This document shows positions 35,613 through 48,200 of a stretch of 64,000 nt of DNA, in pieces. The stretch covers positions 1-64,000 of the forward strand of contig CAZYCQ010000003.1 of the NCBI GenBank assembly GCA_964645535.1, in the 5' to 3' direction. The notes beneath the pieces are model-generated. The model did not search any database. It saw nothing but the letters and a program-made list of their open reading frames with translations, and was not told the DNA's origin. This stretch comes from an uncultured archaeon (GTDB lineage Archaea > Asgardarchaeota > Heimdallarchaeia > Heimdallarchaeales > Kariarchaeaceae). Position 1 is the first letter of the stretch. Each line of letters starts with the position of its first letter. Both the position numbers and the translations under genes were made by a program.

Positions 35613-38600
35613 ATGAAAGTAAGAAAAACGGTTCGAATAGCTCTCATAATTGGGTTAATTGCCCTTTTAGGTGGTTCGACATTTGCTAGTGCTTATGTCG
35701 CAAATTCGAATACACAACAAGTCAATAATCAGTTGGAGGAAAATGCTCACTATTACACATTTCCATCCAATTTGATTGGGATCTTTTATGACCATAAGGA
35801 CGAAGTGGCCAAAACAACTGGTGAGGCCCTAGTCAACTCCTTATCCCTCATGACTCCTAATGTTGAAGGGTATGAGATAAGTAGCTTGGATGCAATTCCT
35901 GAAATTTTTAGAAGAAAGAACTTTGATATTGCAGTCTACGTTTTCCAGAGCGATGCAAATGGATTAAAGATTAATGGAAATTTCAAGGAAATAAGTTATT
36001 CGTGGAGTCGTTCGGCTTCTGTCTTCAATCAGATCATAGACAGATATCCGAATGTGGAACATGTCTTTGCAATGGGAAATACCCTTCAATTGATGAATAA
36101 GTTAAATGATAAAAGACATGTCCATGCATCACAAGAAGAAAAAGTTGACGCTAAACTAATTTACCTCTATGCATTGTGGACTTTGGCGGATATTCTTGAG
36201 GCCAGAGGAGGAAAACATGCTTCTCTAGGAAACGACATTCGAATGGCTTCGCTCAAATTTTTTGCAAATGAATTTAATGATATCGCAGCGAGAAACATTG
36301 AGCCAGAAAGTCCATTGGGCGAAGAATCCCCACGTACAGTAGAAGCTAGAAAACAACGTTTCTTCGAAGAACATCCTCCAAAGGTCGAAAAAATTCCGAG
36401 AGATGGCTATGTGATAGATCCACAAACAAAAAGGGAAATGAATCCGGAAACTGGAGAAATAAGAACTGATGGATATGGAGGAGATATTTTCCCTATTGAA
36501 GCAGCAGGTGTCGGGGATTTTATTGTTAATCTGATACCAGAGGAAACCGGCTTGAGGGGACCGGTTGGAGGAATAGTTGATACTCTATTAGGGTTCCTGA
36601 TCGACAAGATCGGGGATGCAATTGGTTTGGATGCCTCAACCGTAAACCAAATCTTTGATTTGATCACATCAATTCCGGATCTGGTAGGACTGATTTCTGA
36701 CCCATCAGCAAGCAAAATCAAGCAATTTATTGATAAGTTACGCCCAATGCTTCCCATCCCGCAAGATTTGGATCCATATATAGATCTCTTGATAGACGGT
36801 CTATTCCTTTTAAGGGGAGATGGAGGTGACATCCAAAACTTCATTTTTTCAGCTGTAGAAATGCTTGTCCCAGAGGATATCCTTGATCCATCTATTTTGG
36901 ACATTATCAAGAATGTGGTTACCTTAGGACAAAGAGTTTTTGACAGGATATCTGAAGGCGGAAACATCATTGACATTATCTTTAGTGTTCTGAATGAACA
37001 GATTTTGTACAATGTTACCACGGCATTGGTTGGAAATGGAACAATCTTTGGCATGACTGTATCGGAAATTCAGGACTTTGTCCAGAAAGCAAATGCGACA
37101 ATTTCCACCATTGTCAATTTCATTTCCACTAGAGATATTGAAGGATTGATCTATACATATGGTCCAGATTTACTCAATTTTGCATTCTCTGAATTCAATC
37201 TTGATGAGAACTACTCTGAAGTTGTTATGCTTGCAGTTGGTATTTTACTGACTGCTTTGGGCGTTTCTGATGACAAGACGATCGAGGATCAACTTGTGGA
37301 ACTTCTAGACAGATTAACACCAATCGATCTGGCAACCATTAAAGCAAAAGCCGAAGAGATTGTTAAGCTTGTAGGAGAGGCAGTGGAGACTGGAGCCACT
37401 TCGTTAACCGACATGCAGAATTCAATCTCAACCCTGCTGACGGAGCTCTCAATTCCTGCAAGTATAGCGGATCCGATAAATGACCTAATGGCCATTGTTG
37501 TAGCGGCCAAAAATGTAAATCTTAACACATTTCCGTCTTTTGCAGACATGATTCTGAATTTTGCGGAAGGATTGGGGGTTCCCAGCCAATATACGGAATC
37601 ATTGCGTGAGGTTGTTACCTTTGTCATGGGTGTAGTTCAATTCGTAATGCATCCACCTCGTATAGAAGATATTCTCGCCAACATTTTAGGGACATCCTCT
37701 TTGTCGGATTTGATTTCCCAAGGAATTCAGTTCATACTCAATTTTGTCCAAGGGATCCTTCCCACATCAATGACTACACAATCGGTAAGCAATGCACCAA
37801 ATCGATTTGCAGCAATAAAAGTTAATGAAGTACTGACTGCAGAAGACCTCATTTCACAAGCTGGAGACTATATTGGACTCATTTTCCAGGTTATTGAGTC
37901 GGTTCAAGGAAATTCAGTCCAAGGAGTTCTTCTTTCCTTACTGCAAAGTGCCATGACTGTGTTCATTAACTTCGTCCCAGATGATTTCAGACCTCTTGTG
38001 GAAGTTGCTAAGTCTATTTTTGGAGTGATCGTTGGAGAAACAGACCAATTACCTTCAGTAGAAGAGGTTCTGAATGCAGTTCTTCCATTATTGCCTTCTT
38101 CAGTAGCCGATGTAGTTCGACAATTCCTTCCATTCATCATGATGATCAGTGACGTATTTACCAATGGATTTGAAGCCATTTTTGCACAACTCTTTGGTTG
38201 GGTTTCAGGTCTTGTTGAAGATTTAATTGATGAGCTGGTCGGAAGTCTGTCTTCTGCATTGGACGGTGCAGATGGGATTTCGATTGATTTTGATGTCCCA
38301 TTAGGTGTTGGATCTTTTTCACTCTTTACCATCAAACTACATTTTGGATTAGATTTTGGTTTGGAATTTGATGGAGAAGCTTTTGGAAGAATGCTCTTCG
38401 ATTTGATTTTCCGAGGAGCAAGTTTATTCAGTTCATCAGATCCTTTCGATGTCCTCAAAACGCTAGCTTCGGTAATTTCAATCGTACCAATTTTTGAAGC
38501 AGGATTTGAAATAGGAGATTTTGGATCTGGATCAAATAGTTTCTTGGATTTCATGCTTACCTCATTGGGAGTTGATCTTTCATTCTCTGGAGAAGGATGG

Positions 38601-41600
38601 TTTAAGCTCCAACTCTTTTCATTCAAGAATGGAATCTTCAGTTTTGATGATTTCTTCAAGGTTCTTGAATGGGGATTTTCATTTACGATTACCATTAGTA
38701 GAACCTTTACGTTGCTTGATTTTCTCACAGGCGGTGCTGGTGGAAGTCTGAATGCAATTGGAGAATATATCGGGCTGGATGCCATTAGTATTACTATTGC
38801 ATTCACGCTTGCATTTACAATTGTCAAACGAGCAGCCACTGCAAATCAACCAGAGACGGGATCTATGACAATAACGTTTACAATTGGGTTTACCGTCTCA
38901 TTAGGGATCGATATCGTTATTGCAAAACTGATACTCAAAGGAACTTTAGAGATAACCTTGACATTATTGCAAGACTTGGTGGCACCGACACCGTTACGGG
39001 TGTTTATAGCAATTCAATTGACAATAACGGTAACGATAGGTTTCTTGTTCTTTGATTGGGACTTTGATTATAAATGGTCACCAAGTGGATTTGAACCTCC
39101 ATTGGGATATGAATTGACTTCACCAACACCAGAAGATGCAGTCCAGAATGGAGCCCTTGGTGGAGACACTGATGGAGATGGACTTGGTGATGAGTATGAG
39201 AAAAATACAGCAGGACTGAACTATCAGTCTGATGATACAGATGGAGATACCTTAAGTGACAAATACGAAACTCAAACTTTGAAGACCGATCCCGCATCAA
39301 AGGATACTGATGGGGACGGATTGGATGACAACGTAGAATTAGATCTCAAAACCAACCCCTTGTTCCCAGATACAGACTTTGATGGTCTGACTGATTACGA
39401 GGAAGCAAGTATCTATGGTACTAATCCACTTTCAATCGATACTGATGAAGATGGATTGGATGATAAGTACGAGATCTTCCATTCCTATAACATGACGGGC
39501 ATCACACCTTCGGTCAGTCAAATCATGATTGGAGGTGTCCCATATGATGACCGAACGGATCCTTTGAACCCTGATACCGATGGAGACGGCTTATTGGACG
39601 GTGAAGAAGGATCAAGAGGGATCTATTATGGACCCGAGTTAGTCGGAGGAGAGGATGATTATGGATATACTCCAGATCCTCCCCTCATTTTCAATGGAGG
39701 TTATACGCACCCATTGGACAATGATACCGATGATGACTCCTATTGGCAATTATATGACGGATCAATCGCTCCTGTAGAATCTCCCTACATTATGAATCTT
39801 GGAGATAAGGTTGAAATTGAGGGGCTTACCGTTATTTTGATTGACCCATTAACGGGTGAACCTGAGCCTCCACGACTTATCAGGACAAACCCTGTGAATC
39901 CTGATTCCGATGGAGACACAGGTGCTACCGCGGAAGATCGAAAGAACCCTCCATTTGGCTTCTTCATGAACTCCGATGGATACGAGCTCGGTATTGCCCA
40001 TACCGACCCCCTTGACGGAGACACGGATGATGATGGATTGATCGATGGTCTTGAAGGTATTTTGAGGCCAGATTCAAATCATACAGATCCATTGAATCCA
40101 GATACAGATGGAGACGGATTGGGTGACATGCAGGAACTCCTGCTTGGAACAGATGCCCGAAGTGTCGACAGTGATCTCGATGGAGTAACCGATTCCGATG
40201 AATATTTCCTCTACGGAACCAATCCTTTCTTGGCCGACACTGATTCAGACGGATTGGAGGATGGAGAAGAACTGTATCTATACCATTCCTCACCATTTTC
40301 CAAGGACTCTGATGCAGACGGGTTAGATGATTACTCAGAAGTCTGGAAGTATTTCTCGGATCCCATGGATGAAGATTCCGATAATGATGGGCTAACTGAT
40401 TTCGAGGAAATCAAGGTCTACTATACGGATCCATTCATTGATGACACCGATGGAGATGGTCTGTTGGATGGAGAAGAGATTGCAGGCTTGCCATATACGA
40501 CAGAAAACGGAACACAGTATCTGATTAAAACAGATCCAACGAAGTGGGATACTGATGGAGATTCCTTGACCACCATCAATCAATTTGGAGAGATGAGCAT
40601 GCCAATGTCAGATGGACAGGAATTCCTCCTCGGAACAGATCCAACAAGAAAGGACACAGATCTTGATGGCCTGGAAGATGGATGGGAAATGTGGCTCGGA
40701 AAGGGTGAAATCCCCAATTTTGAGCCAATTAATCTTGATCCTCTTTCCAATGATACGGATGGAGATAACCTGATGGATGGAACTGAGTTGGTAATCGCAA
40801 ACATTAGTACGCTACTTTATCCATACGTTGGGAATTTCATTCAAACACCATTCAATACATCAGCAGTCAATCCAGATACTGATGGAGATCAATTGCCAGA
40901 TGATGAGGAATTACGTATCTACGGTACCGATCCAAGCATACCTGACACCGACAATGATACAATTTCAGATTATGAGGAATTGATCATTTATGGAAGTGAT
41001 CCTGTCCGAAATGATACGGATGGCGACGGATTATCCGATCCACAGGAAATTTTCGGTTTTGATCCTGAAAACCTTACTCTTGCAACCAATGCCATCCTCT
41101 TTACGGATTTCAACAAATCAGACTCGGACGGAGATCTTCTTCCGGATGGTGCAGAGGTTTTCTTCTATAATACCGATCCAACCAACCAAGACGAAAATGG
41201 AAATGGCATCGTTGATGGAATGGAGATAGATACAGACGGAGACGGGTTGTTTGACGGCGAAGAGTATTACATCTTCCAAACTCAGCAGACACCAGAAGGA
41301 GGAGGTATCCTTCAGGTGGACAGTGACCATGATGGGCTTTTCGATGGTCAGGAAGTGTATGAAACACTGACAAATCCCGCAAATTGGGACAGTGATAATG
41401 ATACCTATTCTGACGGTTTAGAAATCTATTGTGGAACCAACCCTAATGGCAACACCACAGAGTCTGAGATTTCCGCATGTTTCGCAGGTTTGGAAAGGGT
41501 AGTGATACTCTCCCCAGCTCAAACCACGTATCATACGAATGCAATTCCCGTGATTGTGTATGATGCGACAGGAAATATGACTGCCATGGAATATCGTTAC

Positions 41601-42218
41601 AAGCCAGAAAATGGCAGTTACAGCGCACCGATACCCATGGTAGAAACCTCCAACCCAGGATATTGGGAAGGCACGTCCCTATCACTTCCATTGGCAAATG
41701 GTACATATACCCTAGAGGTAACCATCACACGACCTGACTTGACGACATTCTCAAGGACGGTTACTTTCACGATAGATCTGGGTCCAGGATCGATTAATAT
41801 TCTGACGCCAGAGGAACGTACCTATTCCTTCAATGAACTTCAAGATCCTGAACTCCCGGTAAAGGTTGAAGCAGGAATAGAATACACATCCCTCTGGTTC
41901 AGAATACGATGGGACAACGGATCAATATATATTGACAACACTACCCTGAACTTCGAGAGCGGCCTAAATGCATATTATAACAGCTCAATCAAATTCCCGA
42001 AGATCAGAGGAACTACGAATTACACCATTGAAGTATTCGGACAGAAGACAAATGGTGAAATCCTAGTAAAAGCACACAGGTTTGCCATCAAGACACCGAC
42101 AATCATGGAGAATGTGGTCATAGTTGCCCTTCCGGTTGTATCCATAGGTGCAGTGGCCGTGGTTGGAAAATCTGTGGTCTCTAGCGGGTTCAAGAACCCC
42201 TTCAAAAAGAGGAGTTAG
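35613..42218 (+). CDS. Giant secreted, C-terminally anchored surface protein with thrombospondin type-3-like Ca2+-binding repeats (about 2200 aa)
   Basis: Signal peptide MKVRKTVRIALIIGLIALLGGSTFASA after a GAGGTG SD (ATG 35613 preferred over TTG 35544). Then an alpha/beta domain, amphipathic helices, hydrophobic beta strands, about 26 D(T/S)DxDGLxDxxE repeats, two Ig-like units (VILSP.., INILTP..), TM VVIVALPVVSIGAVAVVG and a basic tail. Confidence 0.88.
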   Translation: MKVRKTVRIALIIGLIALLGGSTFASAYVANSNTQQVNNQLEENAHYYTFPSNLIGIFYDHKDEVAKTTGEALVNSLSLMTPNVEGYEISSLDAIPEIFRRKNFDIAVYVFQSDANGLKINGNFKEISYSWSRSASVFNQIIDRYPNVEHVFAMGNTLQLMNKLNDKRHVHASQEEKVDAKLIYLYALWTLADILEARGGKHASLGNDIRMASLKFFANEFNDIAARNIEPESPLGEESPRTVEARKQRFFEEHPPKVEKIPRDGYVIDPQTKREMNPETGEIRTDGYGGDIFPIEAAGVGDFIVNLIPEETGLRGPVGGIVDTLLGFLIDKIGDAIGLDASTVNQIFDLITSIPDLVGLISDPSASKIKQFIDKLRPMLPIPQDLDPYIDLLIDGLFLLRGDGGDIQNFIFSAVEMLVPEDILDPSILDIIKNVVTLGQRVFDRISEGGNIIDIIFSVLNEQILYNVTTALVGNGTIFGMTVSEIQDFVQKANATISTIVNFISTRDIEGLIYTYGPDLLNFAFSEFNLDENYSEVVMLAVGILLTALGVSDDKTIEDQLVELLDRLTPIDLATIKAKAEEIVKLVGEAVETGATSLTDMQNSISTLLTELSIPASIADPINDLMAIVVAAKNVNLNTFPSFADMILNFAEGLGVPSQYTESLREVVTFVMGVVQFVMHPPRIEDILANILGTSSLSDLISQGIQFILNFVQGILPTSMTTQSVSNAPNRFAAIKVNEVLTAEDLISQAGDYIGLIFQVIESVQGNSVQGVLLSLLQSAMTVFINFVPDDFRPLVEVAKSIFGVIVGETDQLPSVEEVLNAVLPLLPSSVADVVRQFLPFIMMISDVFTNGFEAIFAQLFGWVSGLVEDLIDELVGSLSSALDGADGISIDFDVPLGVGSFSLFTIKLHFGLDFGLEFDGEAFGRMLFDLIFRGASLFSSSDPFDVLKTLASVISIVPIFEAGFEIGDFGSGSNSFLDFMLTSLGVDLSFSGEGWFKLQLFSFKNGIFSFDDFFKVLEWGFSFTITISRTFTLLDFLTGGAGGSLNAIGEYIGLDAISITIAFTLAFTIVKRAATANQPETGSMTITFTIGFTVSLGIDIVIAKLILKGTLEITLTLLQDLVAPTPLRVFIAIQLTITVTIGFLFFDWDFDYKWSPSGFEPPLGYELTSPTPEDAVQNGALGGDTDGDGLGDEYEKNTAGLNYQSDDTDGDTLSDKYETQTLKTDPASKDTDGDGLDDNVELDLKTNPLFPDTDFDGLTDYEEASIYGTNPLSIDTDEDGLDDKYEIFHSYNMTGITPSVSQIMIGGVPYDDRTDPLNPDTDGDGLLDGEEGSRGIYYGPELVGGEDDYGYTPDPPLIFNGGYTHPLDNDTDDDSYWQLYDGSIAPVESPYIMNLGDKVEIEGLTVILIDPLTGEPEPPRLIRTNPVNPDSDGDTGATAEDRKNPPFGFFMNSDGYELGIAHTDPLDGDTDDDGLIDGLEGILRPDSNHTDPLNPDTDGDGLGDMQELLLGTDARSVDSDLDGVTDSDEYFLYGTNPFLADTDSDGLEDGEELYLYHSSPFSKDSDADGLDDYSEVWKYFSDPMDEDSDNDGLTDFEEIKVYYTDPFIDDTDGDGLLDGEEIAGLPYTTENGTQYLIKTDPTKWDTDGDSLTTINQFGEMSMPMSDGQEFLLGTDPTRKDTDLDGLEDGWEMWLGKGEIPNFEPINLDPLSNDTDGDNLMDGTELVIANISTLLYPYVGNFIQTPFNTSAVNPDTDGDQLPDDEELRIYGTDPSIPDTDNDTISDYEELIIYGSDPVRNDTDGDGLSDPQEIFGFDPENLTLATNAILFTDFNKSDSDGDLLPDGAEVFFYNTDPTNQDENGNGIVDGMEIDTDGDGLFDGEEYYIFQTQQTPEGGGILQVDSDHDGLFDGQEVYETLTNPANWDSDNDTYSDGLEIYCGTNPNGNTTESEISACFAGLERVVILSPAQTTYHTNAIPVIVYDATGNMTAMEYRYKPENGSYSAPIPMVETSNPGYWEGTSLSLPLANGTYTLEVTITRPDLTTFSRTVTFTIDLGPGSINILTPEERTYSFNELQDPELPVKVEAGIEYTSLWFRIRWDNGSIYIDNTTLNFESGLNAYYNSSIKFPKIRGTTNYTIEVFGQKTNGEILVKAHRFAIKTPTIMENVVIVALPVVSIGAVAVVGKSVVSSGFKNPFKKRS
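39165..41445 (+). repeat. Array of about 26 bacterial-TSP3-like coding repeats, consensus T(D/N)PxxxD(T/S)DxDGLxDxxE
   Basis: Counted by eye from DTDGDGLGDEYE to DSDNDTYSDGLE; repeats are divergent at DNA level. Confidence 0.88.
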
Positions 42219-42229
42219 GAGGTTAAAAA

Positions 42230-45200
42230 ATGAAACTTCGACAAATCAAATTATTAATCCTCAATCTTTTCCTTATCGGAATTCTTTCCCTGTCATCAGT
42301 CATTTCAGTGCAGGCAGGGACAATAGGTCAACAAAAGAATGACCAAAAGATCCAACCCAATGATTGGAAGGACGGGATCAGGGATGAACCTCCCTCCTTC
42401 ATAGATTCAAATGCAGGTTATGATGAAAACACGGATCTTGGTGCATTCCTGAGTGACAATGACAATACCTATGGATTAAAATGGGATCCTTGGGTAACTA
42501 AGGCAGCAATCCATGCAATTGCAACCTATAAAAACGGCGATTATTTGGCCTTGGCAGGTGGTTTTCTATATGACAATGAAATTCATCTGTATAGGTGGAA
42601 TTATGTCACGGATCAATACGATCTCGTCTCAGAAATCGGTTCTGGAGTATTCAAATCAGATGTAATGTCCTTGGATTTCGCAGATACGGACTACAACAAT
42701 CTGACTGAAATAATAGCCGGAAGCATGGATGGTAGATTCTATGTATTTGAACAGAGACATCTATATGACCCATATACCAACAGTGAAAATACATTCGATC
42801 TAGTGTACCAAAGTCCTCGTCTAGGTCGTGTGTTTGATATTATTGTTGGAGACCCAGACATGGACTTTCGTCAAGATATCATTGTCGGTTTGGGAGATAC
42901 GGTAAAGTGGTATGAGTATGATACCCATGGAAGCTATCCCTTTGGCCCAGATCATTTCATAGACTATAGAGAGGTCTTCTCCTATCAGATGCCTTCGCAG
43001 GTCACAACTCTTGGACTCTCTGATGTGGATTATGACGGTCTCCAAGAAGTTGCAGTGGGAATGCGATCTGGTGAAATCCAGCTATTGGAAAACAACGGTA
43101 CCACACTCTATATTAATGGCTATCCCTACCCAATTGTCCAAGACAATAGCTATCGCTTTATGTGGTCATCAGGAACCCTCATTCAAAGAGATATTACCGA
43201 TATGGCTGGTGGTGACATCGATGATGATGGTCACAATGAATTGATGGTCGCGGTACAGGGCCAAGGTGCATACGTCCTCGATAATATTGATGGAGTTATT
43301 GCACCATTTCGGATTGAACGCCCGTTTGCTGATTGGGAAAGCAATATGACAGCACCATATTCTCTTGACCACTATGCAGATTCGATGGTGAATTCCTCAA
43401 GTTTGTTCAATGGCACACTTCTTCCTGTGGGTCAGGCGAATGTCTATTATGCAAATATAACAGGCACGTTTCCAGAGCCACTCAATTATTCGGTTTCCCA
43501 CTATAAAGTATATCCGTTCAATTCATTTTTAGTCCGAAAACCAGGTGATGGAAGACCGACAACATTTGATGCCACTACACGTCCCGCATGGGCAATCATG
43601 GACTTCGGAAATGATGAGGAGGCTGCCGGAAATGGAGCTCCAGTTGTTCCAGAACTCTTCATTTACGCAATGAAAAACAAGGCTGTTGCAGTTTCTGATT
43701 TAGAAATTTCCATTTCATCAGATGGTAGTAACTTTTTCAGGTTAAATTCATCATACATTACTTTAGATACCTCCAATGGTACCTATGACATCTACCAGAT
43801 TGAAGTTGATCCAACTCTTGCCGTTGCTGGATTGACGTATTACCGGTATCTCAACATTACCGTCTTGAGTGGCAAGGCTGAATTGGATTTTATTGAGACC
43901 ACTGCAATCAATAATCCGATATATGATGCCCAATCAGTGGAAGTTGGTCCATTAACCTTGAAAGATTCCGATGCAAATACCGTTGGGTTTATCGGTGCGA
44001 TTGATGGAACAATATTGGCAGTTGATTGGAACCCGACAAGCCGAAGGTACGAAATTGTTTTCGATAGTTGGAGAGAAGAACGATACAAACTCAATAAGAA
44101 TCTCTTTGACCTAGAGGTAATCAAGAAGAAAGGAACCTTCCCAGCGTGGATATTGAACGATTACGACAGTGTAATAGGGAATTTCCAATATGGTGTCTAT
44201 GATCCAGTCAACTTCACAAATTATGGAAATGTTGTTTCCTTTGAAACTGCCAATTTCTATAATTACAGACAGGAATCCATGCCAGAAACAATATTGATTA
44301 CGGATCAGGAAAAAATTTTGGTAGCCACACAGGCTTCTCCAAATGCTCCGTTGTCAGTTAACTCCATTTTATCTGAAATGCTATTTGACACACCATCATA
44401 TTCTGGAACTGCTGGAAAGAATATGCTAACGGTACAAGATTATATGCAATCTCGAAGTAGCCTCTCGTCAGATCCGATTTATTTTGCGGCATCACTCGTA
44501 CCCTTTGAAACCAATCTATATGATTTGGGAAGGGATGCGCAACTGGATATCCGTGATTCCGGCTATCTTCTCCTATTAAGTGAATGGACCGGTTCATTGG
44601 GCCCTGCAAATCCAACCGAGGCAGGGATTCCTCAACCCTTAGATGGAGTAAACCGGATTACCATTTGGTATCTTGATGAGATTTTCTCCTTCGATTGCCC
44701 TGCCGGTGTGCCAGAATGTGTAACATTTGTTCCTTGGAGCGTCCCTGGATTAACATCTCCGAGATTGTTGTCTTCTGAAGAATTCTCAGGTCAACTTCGT
44801 AGTGTCCTTCGAGAATCCTCATGGATGCCAAAAATAGCAGCAGGAGATTTCATCGGTGATTCAAAGAAAGATTGGGTATTGACAAACGGAAAGGTACATC
44901 TTCTTGAGGTCTCGTACAGTGTAGTTGAGAACAGTACATTGGATCTTGTATATAACGGTCAAGAAGAACAGCAAGGCCCTAAGCTTCCAGCAATCACAAA
45001 TGAACGATCTTCCAAAATCAGCATTTCCTTCAGAGGTGATTATTTCAAAGGAATCAATGACCAAGCAAAGGGTAGACAATGGACTGATGCAAATGTAGTT
45101 GATTTCGACAAAGATGGAGATATGGATCTTATTTTGGGTTTTGCAAGTTACGATTCAACCCACTTCGGAATTGATAAGCCTACGTATGGGATGACCTATT

Positions 45201-48200
45201 GGGAAAACGTGGGAACTAGAGACGATCCAATATGGGTTGAAAAGAAAAAGGCAGTCACCAATAATGATCCAGATTCCAATCTTAGAGTCCAGTATTATGG
45301 GTTCCCTGAACTGGTCTATGATAATTATGATTTTGGAGATTATTCCTTCATTAGTGGAATGGGTTATCATCCCTATTTCTTGAATTCCCAACCAACAAGG
45401 ATGTTCATGATGAAACAGCAGCCAACAGATGTTTTTGCAGGGGACATTTACAGTTTCACAGCAGAATACAATCATGGAACCTCACTTCTTGCAGCCACCT
45501 ATCCGGATGCCAAACGGATTGACATTAACCTACAATTTGACAGCTCCAATGGTGGAGACAAGAATTATGGCTTCCACATTTTTGAGACATGGGATAATTC
45601 AAGGGAACTTGAAGGATGGACTCTTTCGATGTCGACTGCCGACCTTGACGAAGACGGTAAGAATGAAGTTGTTGTTGGAGATTTCAATAATAACATATAT
45701 GTTTTTGAACATCTTTCCAACAACACATTCAAACGGGCCTTCAGATCATTCGATGTTAACAGAACGTTTGAGGCAAATAACAGCCCTTATGCCCATAACC
45801 AGTTTGGTGGAATTAATGGTACATTCTTCCGAACCGTCTATGAGCATGTAACCTTCTTGCTTGCAGGCGTTGACTTGAACAAGAACGGACTTCAGGAATT
45901 CATAGCAACGACAGACGGAATGCTATTCGTTTTCGAAGCGACAAAAACATTAACAGGAAGAATTCATGATGACACGTACCGGTTAATTGCTACCTTTGAT
46001 CTTTTCTCTTTCCCCACAGTTTCACTTCTCTCAGAGAGCCGCCGAAAGGTAACCGCAATCTCTTGGGCAGATGATGCAACTGGTGATGGAAGAAGAGAAT
46101 TGCTGATTGCAATGGGTCCCGCTCTCTTAGTTTTCGAAATCTCGACTGTTACAAGTGGAAGTGGCAATATCCAACAAACTTCAGTTATTTCCACACAATT
46201 CCCACTATTCAACATGGAAGAGATTTTCTATCGAGGCCTATATGCGGCATCCGGTCTCTACAATCTAGTTGGAAACTATCGTGTCCAAGAAGAAGCAGAA
46301 ATCAGATCCATTTTGTCCACTGATTTGGACAATAATGGAATCCCTGAAATCATTTATGCAGGAGAAGATCAAACAAATGCCAGACCAATTTGGGGCGGTT
46401 TCATCCAAATTCTTGAATGGACTGGAGGTGTTTTCTCCCCTATCTTTCCAGACAATCTATTCAAGAGCACAACGCAATTCAACCCAATAAATGATCTTGA
46501 ATGGGATGATTCTGACTATGATGGATTAAAAGAACTAATCATTGGCCATAATCAAGGTGTTGATATCTATGAATTCAATGGAGTTGATAATCTTGAACTT
46601 CGAGAGGTGATCACCTCAAATCCACATTATCAACTGCCCATTCGATCATACTATGACACTAACAACATCAATAGGGACTTTGAGGAAAGTAAAGACATCA
46701 TCAAGAGATTTGATGGTTCCTTATTGATGGTTTATGTCGAAGTAATTTTGGGAACACCCACATTGGTCATGGCCACCTCAAATGACAATGGCAAGACATG
46801 GACTGAATGGGGAACAATTGATCCAGGCCTAGGCACAGTTATCAATTATGCCGAAATTAGTCTTGTTTACCAAGGGTCTCAATTATGGCTAAGTTTTGCA
46901 GCGATATCGAAGATTAATCTAGGTGCAAGTTCAATTTGGACGGAATCGTATTATGTAATTAAAAATCCAGTACCTGGATCGAATCCAGCCTATTCAACCG
47001 TTTCAGTATCTTGGTTAAACTATTATCGAATGACCGCTTCTGGAAGGGTTTTCTCATTTGATGGAGCAACCTCCAACCAAGTGGGATTTGCATATTACGA
47101 TTCAGCGGATAAGAACGGAACGTTGAAGCTAGCTAAAATTGATATCGCGAATAGCCCAGCAGTTGTAGCGGAATTTGTAATTCCTTGGGCAAATGGTTCA
47201 AAACTTGGCGACAAGTATTTCATCCATTCGTTGGATATTCTGGAAAATCCAAGAGAAAGAGGTAATTTTGACATTATCTTTTCAGGATATTCCTATAACG
47301 AATCGTTATCATTGGATTTGGATCTTTATCACAATTGGTTTTATTTAAACAGCTCTTCAGCTTGGCTGTTCAATGTAACCACAATGCCAGGGAGAATCTT
47401 TGAATCAGGATTGGTAAGCCGTTTCCCCTCCCTGATTCGTGAAGAAGACACAAACAATATGGTTGTTGTATTCGAACAGCCAAAAATGAAACCATTCGGA
47501 GGTCTATTCTCTGTATGGTCGAATGATAACGGTGTCACTTGGAATGGTCCTTATGCCATGAACCATCCCTATGGCCTAGATAGTCCCATACTTACTGAAT
47601 TTCCCACACCTAACAAGGAAAGCTATCAAGTAGGTCTTATCAATGGACAACAAATACTCTCATTCTTTGACTCACGTAGACCGGTCATTGTTGCAACTGA
47701 AGGTCGAGGATTCACAATGAGCTACAATGTCAGATATGCTTTCGGAGTACAAAAGACAACTGTGGGAATTTGTGCAATGTTTTTGGGAGATGTAGGAGTG
47801 CAAAGCAGTGTTAAATCACAGGCCTCAGATTGTTCAAGGGGAAATGCAGAACTGGAATATTTGGCATTTGCCCACAACCCTTGGAGCAATTTCACTTGGT
47901 ATAATTTGGGCAAGGCTCAGAAAATTGCGATTGGAGATTCTGATGGCGACAATCGTCATGAAATCTTCGTGGGAAGCAACAACCAGGCCTTTCTCTATGA
48001 ATTTGCTCGAAATGGAGAGAAATTCATTTTGCATTCCCAAAAATGGATGAGTCCTGAATATGAGAGGGATATCACAGAAGTTGCAATCTCAGATGCAAAT
48101 GGTAATGGACTTCCAGAACTTCTAGTCGAATCGGATCGAGGCATTGTGCATTCCTATGAGGCATTGAATGCAATTCCGGGTAAGGAACTTCTTCTCCCCA

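Noticed and set aside
37904-38839. Long antisense ORFs (311 aa here; also 11235-12080 and 36407-37054)
   Set aside because: They are shadows on the opposite strand of well-supported genes, with no motifs and S/P/I-rich antisense composition.
39165-41445. CRISPR-like or DNA-level tandem repeat array
   Set aside because: The repeats are degenerate at nucleotide level and conserved only as in-frame protein motifs.
36813-45040. RGD tripeptides in both giant proteins (36813-36821 and 45032-45040), suggesting integrin-ligand mimicry
   Set aside because: One RGD in 2000-3000 G/D-rich residues is about what chance gives, and neither lies in the TSP3 repeats or an obvious exposed loop.
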